Below are positions 30,839-39,229 of a stretch of 64,000 nucleotides of DNA, piece after piece; the first letter of the stretch is position 1, and every line of letters starts with the position of its first letter. The stretch is taken from positions 64,001 through 128,000 of the forward strand of contig JBDKUN010000059.1 in NCBI GenBank assembly GCA_039679675.1, in the 5' to 3' direction. The translations under genes were made by a program, and so were the position numbers. Origin of the DNA: Armatimonadota bacterium (GTDB lineage: Bacteria > Armatimonadota > UBA5829 > DTLH01). Below the pieces are notes generated by a model. The model did no database searches and had not been told where the DNA came from. It saw only the letters and a program-made list of their open reading frames with translations.

Positions 30839-33148
30839 ATGCGATTTAGATTGATAGTAGTATGCGCTATAATCGCGCTGATGAATATATTACCTGCTCA
30901 TGCGGCGGCTAAAGAGGAAGTAGTCTTCTGGTACGGGGCGACCCAGGACGAACAAGCCGCCTACGAGCAGATGATTGCTGAGTTCAACCGCACTCACGCA
31001 GATATTTTGGTGCGTGGAATGCTCGTACCGCAGAGATATGTCGAGCGTAAGCTGATGCTCTCCGTCTCAGGCGGCGCCCCGCCGGACGTAGTCCGGTTCT
31101 ACACCCACCTTGGAGGAGAAATGATGTCGCGCGGCGGACTAGAGCCGCTGAGCGGGCTTGTTGCGCGCGATAAGTTCGATCTTTCCGATTTTTATCCCGT
31201 CGGAATCGAGCAAAACACATACAAAGGAAGGCTTTACGGCATACCTTGGATTCTATCGCCGAACGCGCTCTTCTATAACAAAGCGCTGTTCCGTAAAGCC
31301 GGTCTGGACCCGAACCACCCTCCGAAAACATGGAAAGAGCTCGAAGAATATGCCATGAAGCTCACGGTTCGGGATAAAAACGGCAATGTGGAACAGGTCG
31401 GCTACGCAAACTTCCTGAACAACCCTGCAGACTTCCACATGTACCTCTGGCAGAGCGGTGGAAACCCGCTTTCAGCCGATCTGAAGCATCCGAACTTCAC
31501 AAGCCCTGAGGGAATCGGGGTGCTGACCTGGATGCAGGACTTTCTCATCAAAGAAATGGGCACTATGAAGCCCGGAATCTCCCATGCTCAGGCATCTGCC
31601 GATGCTGTAAGGAAGCTGCAGACTTTTAACAGCTCTTTTGTTGGAGCGACACAAGACCCGTTCGGCCTCGGTAAAGTAGCAATGCGGGTAGACAGCCCGT
31701 TCCGCATACCGGCTCTTCTCAAATATTTTCCTAACCTTGATATCGGAGTCGCAGCAGCGCCGTACAGCAAGGTCCGGGCGGTGGAAGTCGTCGGAAACTC
31801 GCTTGTCATCCCGAAAGGCAGCAGGCACAAAGAGGCTGCATGGGAGTTCATCAAGTTCGCATCGACCCGCAAGCAGTCACTCGGCATCTGCAAAGTCGCC
31901 GGACGCATCCCTGCAAGGATCAGCGCGGCAACATGGCCTGAGTTTTATAACAACCCGCTCGTAAAGCCATTCGTAGACCAAATCAAGTATGGCCGGACAA
32001 CACCTGTTGCGCCGGGGTACCGTGAAGTAAGCGATGCGCTCGCAGGAAGCATAGAGATGGCACTGAAAGGCCAGCAGACACCTAAAGCAGCGCTTGATAA
32101 CGCTGCTGAAAAGGGCAGCAAAATACTGTACGAAGCGAACGAGGACCCTAACCTGCATCCCAAAATCCCGTGGAAGGCTACAGCTATCATCTCAGGGTTG
32201 GTGCTTCTGCTCGCAATAGCCGCTGTATGCTGCTATACAGCCAGAGAGACACGTCACAGCCGCGCTGCAAGGCGTGAAGCGATGAACTTCTACCTGTTCC
32301 TAAGTCCATGGCTGATCGGGTTCATTGTGCTCACATTCGGCTCTATTGCCGCATCATTGGTGTTCAGTTTTTCAAAATGGGACACCCTAAGCCCAGCCAG
32401 GTTTATCGGTCTGGATAATTTCATCAACCTGTTTACGAACGACCCCAGGTTCATGAAAGCGCTCGGCAACACGCTTTATTATGCCGCGTTCAGCATACCG
32501 CTTGCGATGATCGGAGGGCTCGCTATCTCAGTCCTGATGAACCAGAAACTCCGGGGGATAAGCATTTTCAGGACGATCTATTACCTGCCTGCGGTTGTTT
32601 CCGGAGTTGCGACAGCGATCCTCTGGCAGTGGATTTTCAACCCGGGCACAGGGATCTTGAACAAGCTCCTGGCGCTCGTGATGAAGACCCCACCCGGCTG
32701 GCTTATCGACCCGGACTGGTCGAAGCCTGCATTCATCATCATGGGGCTCTGGGCTATCGGCGGGACGATGATTATTTACCTCGCAGGGCTTCAGGGAATA
32801 CCAGGAGAGCTTTATGAAGCGTCCAGGATCGACGGCGCATCGGCCTGGCAGCGGTTCAGGAATGTAACACTGCCGCTCCTTACGCCGACGATCTTTTATC
32901 AGCTCATAGTCGGTACAATGGCTGCGTTCCAGTTCTTCCTGCCTGCATACATTATGACGGACGGCGGACCTCAGGACTCGACGCTCTTCTATTCGCTGTA
33001 TCTGTTCAGAAACGGCTTCGAATGGATGAAGATTGGCTATGCCTCGGCTATGGCGTGGGTGCTGCTTGCAATCGTAATGGTCATCACTATAATCCAGTTC
33101 AAATTCGCAAACAGGTGGGTGTATTACGAGGGGGAAAAAGAGAGTTGA
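30839..33148 (+). CDS. Fused sugar ABC substrate-binding protein + MalF-type permease
   Basis: Signal peptide, SBP motifs (PPDV, LFYNKALF, PKTWKEL) in frame with permease (FIGLDNF, ELYEASRIDGAS). Confidence 0.9.
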   Translation: MRFRLIVVCAIIALMNILPAHAAAKEEVVFWYGATQDEQAAYEQMIAEFNRTHADILVRGMLVPQRYVERKLMLSVSGGAPPDVVRFYTHLGGEMMSRGGLEPLSGLVARDKFDLSDFYPVGIEQNTYKGRLYGIPWILSPNALFYNKALFRKAGLDPNHPPKTWKELEEYAMKLTVRDKNGNVEQVGYANFLNNPADFHMYLWQSGGNPLSADLKHPNFTSPEGIGVLTWMQDFLIKEMGTMKPGISHAQASADAVRKLQTFNSSFVGATQDPFGLGKVAMRVDSPFRIPALLKYFPNLDIGVAAAPYSKVRAVEVVGNSLVIPKGSRHKEAAWEFIKFASTRKQSLGICKVAGRIPARISAATWPEFYNNPLVKPFVDQIKYGRTTPVAPGYREVSDALAGSIEMALKGQQTPKAALDNAAEKGSKILYEANEDPNLHPKIPWKATAIISGLVLLLAIAAVCCYTARETRHSRAARREAMNFYLFLSPWLIGFIVLTFGSIAASLVFSFSKWDTLSPARFIGLDNFINLFTNDPRFMKALGNTLYYAAFSIPLAMIGGLAISVLMNQKLRGISIFRTIYYLPAVVSGVATAILWQWIFNPGTGILNKLLALVMKTPPGWLIDPDWSKPAFIIMGLWAIGGTMIIYLAGLQGIPGELYEASRIDGASAWQRFRNVTLPLLTPTIFYQLIVGTMAAFQFFLPAYIMTDGGPQDSTLFYSLYLFRNGFEWMKIGYASAMAWVLLAIVMVITIIQFKFANRWVYYEGEKES

Positions 33149-33159
33149 TATACAATAAC

Positions 33160-33298
33160 GTCATGCTGAACTTGATTCAGCATCCATTTCTCCTATGTCA
33201 CTCTTGATTCAGGGTCCATCCCTTTCCTGGATTCCGAGTCAAGCTCGGAATGACGTTGTGGCGGTTCGGAATGATGTTGTAGTAGTTCGAAATGATGA
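33160..33298. repeat. Palindromic doublet family C, copy 1, with 21-bp degenerate tandem tail
   Basis: GTCATGCTGAACTTGATTCAGCATCC .. GGATTCCGAGTCAAGCTCGGAATGAC; homolog at 51751. Confidence 0.8.
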
Positions 33299-33320
33299 TT
33301 TATCTGAGCTTGAGTTGATG

Positions 33321-33349
33321 TTGACTTGGGTCATGCCCGGTGGTATAAT
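33321..33349 (+). promoter_or_regulatory. tRNA-Ala promoter
   Basis: TTGACT-17 bp-TATAAT. Confidence 0.8.
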
Positions 33350-33361
33350 ATCGATGCTTTT

Positions 33362-33437
33362 GGGGCAGTGGCTCAGCTGGGAGAGCGCCTCCCTCGCACG
33401 GAGGAGGTCGGGAGTTCGAATCTCCTCTGCTCCACCA
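33362..33437 (+). tRNA. tRNA-Ala (CGC)
   Basis: GGGGCAG/CTGCTCC acceptor with G3:U70, anticodon arm CCTCC-CTCGCAC-GGAGG, CCA end. Confidence 0.96.
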
Positions 33438-33443
33438 AATAAC

Positions 33444-33486
33444 AACCGGAAGACTATCTATTGTGTGTGGTTTTCCGGTTTTTTTG
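33444..33486 (+). terminator. Terminator after tRNA-Ala
   Basis: AACCGGAA..TTCCGGTT followed by a T-run. Confidence 0.7.
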
Positions 33487-33503
33487 TATTTATGGGATGA
33501 GCT

Positions 33504-35243
33504 ATGACCGACAATGAAATCCGTGACAAGATGAAAGACCTGCCCGATCTGCCCGGGCTTGAAACCATCGAGCCCAGAGACACCTCGATAGTCATTATCT
33601 TCATGCTTCTGGTCTTTATGGCTGTTATGCTGACGCCTATTGTCTCAGTAGCAATCCGCTACGGCAAGTTCATAGACCAGCGCGGTAAAGTGCTTATTAT
33701 TATCTGTGTTGCGCTTTTAGTGTGGGCTATACTCAGGCTTCTGTCAGGTTATTATCGGTTCAAGACTGATGCGAATGGCCTCACGATGATCGGCGTGCTG
33801 CACAGAAGGTTCATCCCGTGGATCAACGTGAAAGAAGCACTTATTACGAAAACGAAAATCAGCAATTATAGCCTGGTCCTCAAGACACAGCACGGCACTG
33901 TGAAGTTCGAACCAAGAAACTGGGGACTGATAGCATCCACTTGGCAGCATTTAGGGCGCCTTGGACGAGCTGACAGCATGGTCTTACCGCCGCAAGCGCT
34001 TGCTTTCTGGGAACCGGTGCCGGACGATGTGCCGCAAGAGCTCGACTGGTCGAAGAAAAGCGCTGCTGGGGATATAATTTCCGCTTCAGTAGTCGTTCTA
34101 TTCTTCGGTGGCATAGCCATATATTTGTGGTTTTCGGTTAAGACACTGTGGTCTCCTATGGGACTTCTAATAATCTGGCTGACAATATCAATGTTTATAA
34201 TGCTGAAATGGCTGCTGCTTCCAGAGGCTTTACACAAACCCTGGCGCATCAGAGTGCGGGAAGACTATATCGAAGCAAACCTGCCTTTTTCCAAAGCCTA
34301 CATCCCATGGTCAGAGATAACATCTGCACATTTCGCTAACAATAATAGCAGCGAGTTAATAATCAAATACGGCAGACGGAAATCAGAAATACGGATTTTC
34401 TATATGCAGGGCAAGAAGGAACTGGAAGACCTTGTACTGGCAATCATCCGTAAACTTCGTGCTTCGAGCGGAGTCGCAATAGAAATGCCGGAGTTCTACT
34501 CAAGAAATCCCGAAGCACTGTACAAACCGGCATACTCGTCTCAAGAATGTCAGCGGAAGGTACGAGCTTTTCTGAATACCCTCGACCCGCCTGTCAGGAA
34601 GAAGGTTTCGAACCTTTACTATGCTCAGTATCTCTCCATCTTTTTGGGATGCGCTGCTGCCTTCGCTGTAATGTTCGGTTCACCATTCGAACGTATTTCG
34701 CGTAGATTGCACAGCACGCCGAATATGCAGTTTTTCTTCACTGGCGTAGACATGTGGCTTTTTCTCGCTACGGGCGTTGTATTTGGTACTGTTGTCATTG
34801 CTATTATTAATCGAACCGGAATCAAAATGCCCAGTCCTTATCGTGAAGCCTGGATAGAATTACGAAAGGTTCAGTCTCAAGGAAAACTCGACACAATAGC
34901 AATTAAAATCTTTCTGATTATTGCAGCAGTGTCACTCCTTGCCAGCGTCCCAGCTTTCGACTCTTACACCCGCATCACCGATAAGGGCATAACCACGAAT
35001 GGCTTCTGGAGTTTCGGACACGAGGATTTTCACTCTTGGAACCATGTCAAACGGGTAATCGTCCACGAAACCCTTACTTCGAAGTGCGACAATATAACTT
35101 ACGAAGTGATCTTTACCGACGGCAAGCGTTGGAAAGCCGATCAGGGGAATTTAGGCCTATTGTGCAGCAAAGATCTCGACAACGCTATCAATTATATCGC
35201 CGAAAAGTCAGGCAAATATATGGAGTATCCGCAGCAACCCTAA
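33504..35243 (+). CDS. Multi-pass membrane protein with three repeated 2-TM + bacterial PH-like modules
   Basis: Recurrent FIPWINV / YIPWSEI / FHSWNHV after TM pairs. Confidence 0.75.
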   Translation: MTDNEIRDKMKDLPDLPGLETIEPRDTSIVIIFMLLVFMAVMLTPIVSVAIRYGKFIDQRGKVLIIICVALLVWAILRLLSGYYRFKTDANGLTMIGVLHRRFIPWINVKEALITKTKISNYSLVLKTQHGTVKFEPRNWGLIASTWQHLGRLGRADSMVLPPQALAFWEPVPDDVPQELDWSKKSAAGDIISASVVVLFFGGIAIYLWFSVKTLWSPMGLLIIWLTISMFIMLKWLLLPEALHKPWRIRVREDYIEANLPFSKAYIPWSEITSAHFANNNSSELIIKYGRRKSEIRIFYMQGKKELEDLVLAIIRKLRASSGVAIEMPEFYSRNPEALYKPAYSSQECQRKVRAFLNTLDPPVRKKVSNLYYAQYLSIFLGCAAAFAVMFGSPFERISRRLHSTPNMQFFFTGVDMWLFLATGVVFGTVVIAIINRTGIKMPSPYREAWIELRKVQSQGKLDTIAIKIFLIIAAVSLLASVPAFDSYTRITDKGITTNGFWSFGHEDFHSWNHVKRVIVHETLTSKCDNITYEVIFTDGKRWKADQGNLGLLCSKDLDNAINYIAEKSGKYMEYPQQP

Positions 35244-35345
35244 CGTCGGCTCATGTCCTTTGTGTAGTTGCATCCGTCGAACGCATCTGAATGGCTATAT
35301 GGAACGATTGCAACAGCGGTACCAGGAAAACGACAGTATTTCCCC

Positions 35346-35466
35346 GTTGCATCGGACTGCTTGCTGCCGATGCAGGGCTGACAGACCCGGAAAACAGTGG
35401 AAAAGTCAGACGCATGTGCCTCGACACCTCCGGCGTCGGCTTCGGTAGCAAGCGAACCGAAGCAAC
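35346..35466. repeat. Palindromic doublet family B (inverted relative to 52994)
   Basis: GTTGCATCGGACTGCTTGCTGCCGATGC .. GCTTCGGTAGCAAGCGAACCGAAGCAAC. Confidence 0.85.
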
Positions 35467-35682
35467 AAATGCCGTCACTTTTTGCAGGGTGAACACTCCC
35501 CCACAACTTCGCCAAATGCGACATGAAATGCCTCCCAAAAACGCTTTTCCGTATCTGTGTTATAATGAACTGCATTGTTACGTTGTTTGGGCATTGGCCT
35601 GGTTGTTTGCTGAGATCTTCAGTTCGGCTGGCTCACCCGCCTCAGCCTCGGAGACAATATTATACAACCAGGAGACCATGTA

Positions 35683-37362
35683 TTGACCTATCAGGAACAA
35701 AAATGCGTTTGCCGCGACTGCGAACAGGAGTTTATCTTCAGCGCAGAGCTTCAGCAACTGTTTGCGGCGAAGCACTACAACCCGCCGACTAGATGCCCGA
35801 AGTGCCACGAAGAGCGAAGCCACCGGCGCAGACACAGCAGGGGCGGCGACAGCAAAATGCACACCGCCAAATGCTCGATTTGCGGCAAGGATGCACAACT
35901 GCCTTTCAAGCCCAACCCAGAAAAGCCCATTTATTGTGAAGAGTGCTTCAAGAGTCAGACGGCTTCAAAGGCTGAGCCTGCAGCGAGGCAGTTCACTCTT
36001 CGGAAGCAGGAGAAAAACCAGCAGCATGTTGACGAATCTGCCAATGAGATAACATTCGCCAAGTTTAAGCTGGATCAGAGGCTTCATCGTGCAATCGAGG
36101 AGGCTGGATATGAGACTCCCACCCCCGTTCAGGCTGCTGCAATTCCATTAGCACTCAAGGGACGCGACCTTATCGGCACAGCCCAGACCGGAACCGGCAA
36201 AACCGCTGCGTTTGTGCTGCCGATACTCCAGTATCTGCTTGCCAACCCAACTAAAAAGCGCTGCACCAGAGCGATTGTGCTCACACCGACCATGGAGCTT
36301 GCAGAGCAGATCAATAATGCGTTCAAACAGCTGGGCAAGTTCACCAAGATCAAATCCGCGACCGTTTACGGTGGTGTTGGAATGAAACCTCAGGAGCAGG
36401 CGCTCCGAGGTGGAGTTGATGTGATTGTTGCCTGCCCCGGCAGGCTGCTCGACCACATGGACCGAGGCAACACAGACTTCTCTCATGTAGCTAAGCTTGT
36501 TCTGGATGAGGCTGACCGGATGCTGGACATGGGATTCCTGCCTCCGATCAAACGCATACTCGCCAAGTTGCCGGGCGAACGCCACAGCATGCTCTTTTCA
36601 GCCACATTTGCTCAGGAACTGACAGAACTTGCAATGAGCACACTGAAGAACCCTCAGCGTATCGATGTAGGTATGTGCTTGCCGCCAAAGACCATCGCGC
36701 ATTCCCTATATCCATGCCCTTCACACCTGAAAACATCGCTGCTGTTAAAGTTGCTCGAACAAACAGATACAAACTCTGTTCTGATCTTCACCCGCACAAA
36801 GCGCCGAGCGAATAGCCTGGTCCAGAAGATCAAAGAGGCAGGATATGGGACCGCTGTACTACATTCCAATAAGTCGCAGAACCAGAGACAGCTTGCGCTT
36901 GAAGATTTCCGGTTGGGCCGATGCCAGGTATTAGTTGCCACCGATATCGCAGCCCGCGGGCTGGATGTCGCGACCATATCGCATGTCATGAACTACGACA
37001 TCCCCGACACAGCCGACACTTACACCCACCGGATCGGTCGCACGGGTAGGATGGAGCGTGAGGGCGATGCGATTACTTTTGTGACCCCGCTCGACGCTGC
37101 CATTGTCTTCAGCATTGAAAAAGCCCTGGGTGCTCCTATCGAACGGCGCAGGCTGGATGATTTCGACTATAAGGCCCCAGCGCCGCCCAAAGAGCGTGAT
37201 ACGAAGCCGCAGCGCAGGCCGCAAACAGGATTGTCCCAGGCGAGACTACCTTACAAAGCTCGTCCACAAGCTGCTGCAAAGAAGAAAATAGTAAATGCCT
37301 TTAAAGAGCATCGCAATGCCGGCACAAAGCTATCCGAAGGAAAGACTCAGGCAGGCTCCTAG
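35683..37362 (+). CDS. DEAD-box RNA helicase (RhlE-like) with two N-terminal zinc-ribbon domains
   Basis: AQTGTGKT, DEAD, SAT, HRIGRTGR; N-terminal CRDC..CPKC and CSIC..CEEC; TTG start with AGGAG. Confidence 0.93.
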   Translation: MTYQEQKCVCRDCEQEFIFSAELQQLFAAKHYNPPTRCPKCHEERSHRRRHSRGGDSKMHTAKCSICGKDAQLPFKPNPEKPIYCEECFKSQTASKAEPAARQFTLRKQEKNQQHVDESANEITFAKFKLDQRLHRAIEEAGYETPTPVQAAAIPLALKGRDLIGTAQTGTGKTAAFVLPILQYLLANPTKKRCTRAIVLTPTMELAEQINNAFKQLGKFTKIKSATVYGGVGMKPQEQALRGGVDVIVACPGRLLDHMDRGNTDFSHVAKLVLDEADRMLDMGFLPPIKRILAKLPGERHSMLFSATFAQELTELAMSTLKNPQRIDVGMCLPPKTIAHSLYPCPSHLKTSLLLKLLEQTDTNSVLIFTRTKRRANSLVQKIKEAGYGTAVLHSNKSQNQRQLALEDFRLGRCQVLVATDIAARGLDVATISHVMNYDIPDTADTYTHRIGRTGRMEREGDAITFVTPLDAAIVFSIEKALGAPIERRRLDDFDYKAPAPPKERDTKPQRRPQTGLSQARLPYKARPQAAAKKKIVNAFKEHRNAGTKLSEGKTQAGS

Positions 37363-37396
37363 CGCGTCTTTATGCTAAAGTCTGCCGCCGCTCGGT

Positions 37397-38059
37397 CTAC
37401 CGCGCAGCGAAGCACATGTCGTTGACCGTTTCGACTACCGTCCTGTTTTTCGACAGCATCACAGCGTTGATTGCGCAGTTCTTCTGCTCTATCTGTTTGT
37501 ATCTGCCGACCGCTATTCCCATCCAGTGGCAGATCAGCACTCGGTTTACGCTCTTGTGGGCTACAACCGCAATCGTCTGCCCCGGATGCAGCGCGGCAAT
37601 TCTGGCCATTGCAGCCGATGCGCGGTCTCTTAACTCACCAAAGGTCTCTCCGCCCGGTATTCTGATATTTTCCGGGTCAGCAACCCAAGCTCGGAAGAAA
37701 TCCTCGCCGTAAGCCTTCTTTACTTCGTCAATGCCTAGACCTTCCCACTCCCCATAGTTGATTTCCCTGATCCCCGGCTCGATATTTACGCTTAATCCGT
37801 GTGGTTCGGCTATGATCTCTGCGGTACGCCTTGCACGAACGAGGTCGCTCGAATATACGGCGCTTATGGCGGCATTTCCCAGCCGTTTTGCCGCCATTTT
37901 TGCTTCTTTTACACCATGTTCATCTAGAGGCAGGTCAGTCCATCCGGCGTATGCAGATTTTGCGTTCCACTCGACTCTGCCGTGCCTCACGAGAAGAATG
38001 CGGGCAGCTTCACCACTTGCGGGAGCGCTCCAAAACATGGCTGTACTGCTACTCTTCAA
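37397..38059 (-). CDS. Histidine phosphatase family protein (PGAM/CobC-like)
   Basis: RHG, SSDLVRA, EINYGEWEG, VAH. Confidence 0.92.
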   Translation of the reverse strand: MKSSSTAMFWSAPASGEAARILLVRHGRVEWNAKSAYAGWTDLPLDEHGVKEAKMAAKRLGNAAISAVYSSDLVRARRTAEIIAEPHGLSVNIEPGIREINYGEWEGLGIDEVKKAYGEDFFRAWVADPENIRIPGGETFGELRDRASAAMARIAALHPGQTIAVVAHKSVNRVLICHWMGIAVGRYKQIEQKNCAINAVMLSKNRTVVETVNDMCFAAR

Positions 38060-38957
38060 TATCTTCTCCGTCCTCCGGTTTCTGTGGTTCCTCGTTCTTT
38101 GCTTCAGAAGGTTTGATGCTTCCTGCTATCTGTATAACGAGCGCCTTGCTCTCATCAATCGCCTTACCAGATGTATCGATGCAGTTTATCATCCAAAGAT
38201 GCCGCCCCTCTATCATCTGAATGCGGTGAACAACCCTGTTTGCAGAAGGCAGCCCGGCCGTAGTCATAAACGCAGTTCGTCCGCTGATGTTTGTCTGCTG
38301 CCAATCCGCCAGGTAAGGAGTGCTTTTGAGATAACTTTCCGGTGTATGCTCCATTTTGAGCATTCTGTGCCTGATATTGACGACGTATACTGCCTGCGCT
38401 ACCGGGTCCGTCGAGAGGACAAGCCAGTAACCTTCGTCCCAGTCTTTTGAAACACTGATAGACTGGTCTTTTACGGTCCATCCAGCTGGATATACCAGGC
38501 TGACCTTGTGCTCCTTGCTCGAATACTGCGCCATCTGAGGTTTGGCGGCAGCAGCCGGTTCGGCTGAGGGTGTTTTCAATCCGTTGTTTGTGACGACTAG
38601 AGTTACTTTTCCTGTCTCAATTTCCCGGTTATCGGGTCCGAAGGCCTTCCATACCGCACAGTGCTCGCCGTCGGAAGCTCCGATGCTGTCCCATTCGACA
38701 CCGTACGGCCGGTGCTCGCACTTGCCGATCTCTTTATCATCCACATAGAAAATAACCGACGATGGCTGAATTCCTGAAGGAGGAAGTGCGATAAGAGTCA
38801 GTTTACCTGTTACCGGACGTTTCGATGGTTGTGTCCCTCGCGAAATGGTGATTACTCGCTTAGAAGTCCTTTGAGGTGGTGCTGGATTGGATGGCTCCGC
38901 AAAAACAGCCGGTGCGAATGCAAATAATACCGCGATAATTGCCGCAAATCTATACAT
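38049..38957 (-). CDS. Exported protein with Ig-like and PsbP-like domains
   Basis: Signal peptide from ATG 38957 (GGAGG RBS); VIFYVD..PY..WDS..DG.H; SLVYPAGW. Confidence 0.65.
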   Translation of the reverse strand: MYRFAAIIAVLFAFAPAVFAEPSNPAPPQRTSKRVITISRGTQPSKRPVTGKLTLIALPPSGIQPSSVIFYVDDKEIGKCEHRPYGVEWDSIGASDGEHCAVWKAFGPDNREIETGKVTLVVTNNGLKTPSAEPAAAAKPQMAQYSSKEHKVSLVYPAGWTVKDQSISVSKDWDEGYWLVLSTDPVAQAVYVVNIRHRMLKMEHTPESYLKSTPYLADWQQTNISGRTAFMTTAGLPSANRVVHRIQMIEGRHLWMINCIDTSGKAIDESKALVIQIAGSIKPSEAKNEEPQKPEDGEDIEE

Positions 38958-39021
38958 CAGATATACCTCCGAAGCTCGTGTGCAAGCAGTATTATTGAGA
39001 TTATACCAGATACTAGCCGGA

Positions 39022-39050
39022 TTGACACAAGGAGTTCTAAATGGTACACT
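39022..39050 (+). promoter_or_regulatory. tRNA-Leu promoter
   Basis: TTGACA-17 bp-TACACT. Confidence 0.75.
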
Positions 39051-39075
39051 ATTCAGGCATTCACCCACATAAATT

Positions 39076-39159
39076 GGCCGGGTGGCGGAATGGTAGACGC
39101 AGCGGACTTAAAATCCGCCGAGGCAACTCATGAGGGTTCGAGTCCCTCCCCGGCCACCA
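39076..39159 (+). tRNA. tRNA-Leu (TAA)
   Basis: GGCCGGG/CCCGGCC acceptor, anticodon arm GCGGA-CTTAAAA-TCCGC, long variable arm, CCA. Confidence 0.96.
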
Positions 39160-39229
39160 TCGTTTTTAAGCTCAAAGGTTATGCGCTTTTTACTAGGTTG
39201 GCAAAACAATCAATCTTACTTTTCAAAAG

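Noticed and set aside
33246..33298. Possible mini CRISPR array
   Set aside because: Units are contiguous 21-mers without unique spacers; no cas genes in the window.
33195..33500. ORFs overlapping the family C repeat and tRNA-Ala (similarly 39090..39410 over tRNA-Leu)
   Set aside because: They are translations of tRNA and repeat DNA.
35237..35290. Possible integron attC site (CCCTAAC overlapping a stop codon)
   Set aside because: No complementary GTTAGGG-like R' box at a suitable distance and no integron integrase.
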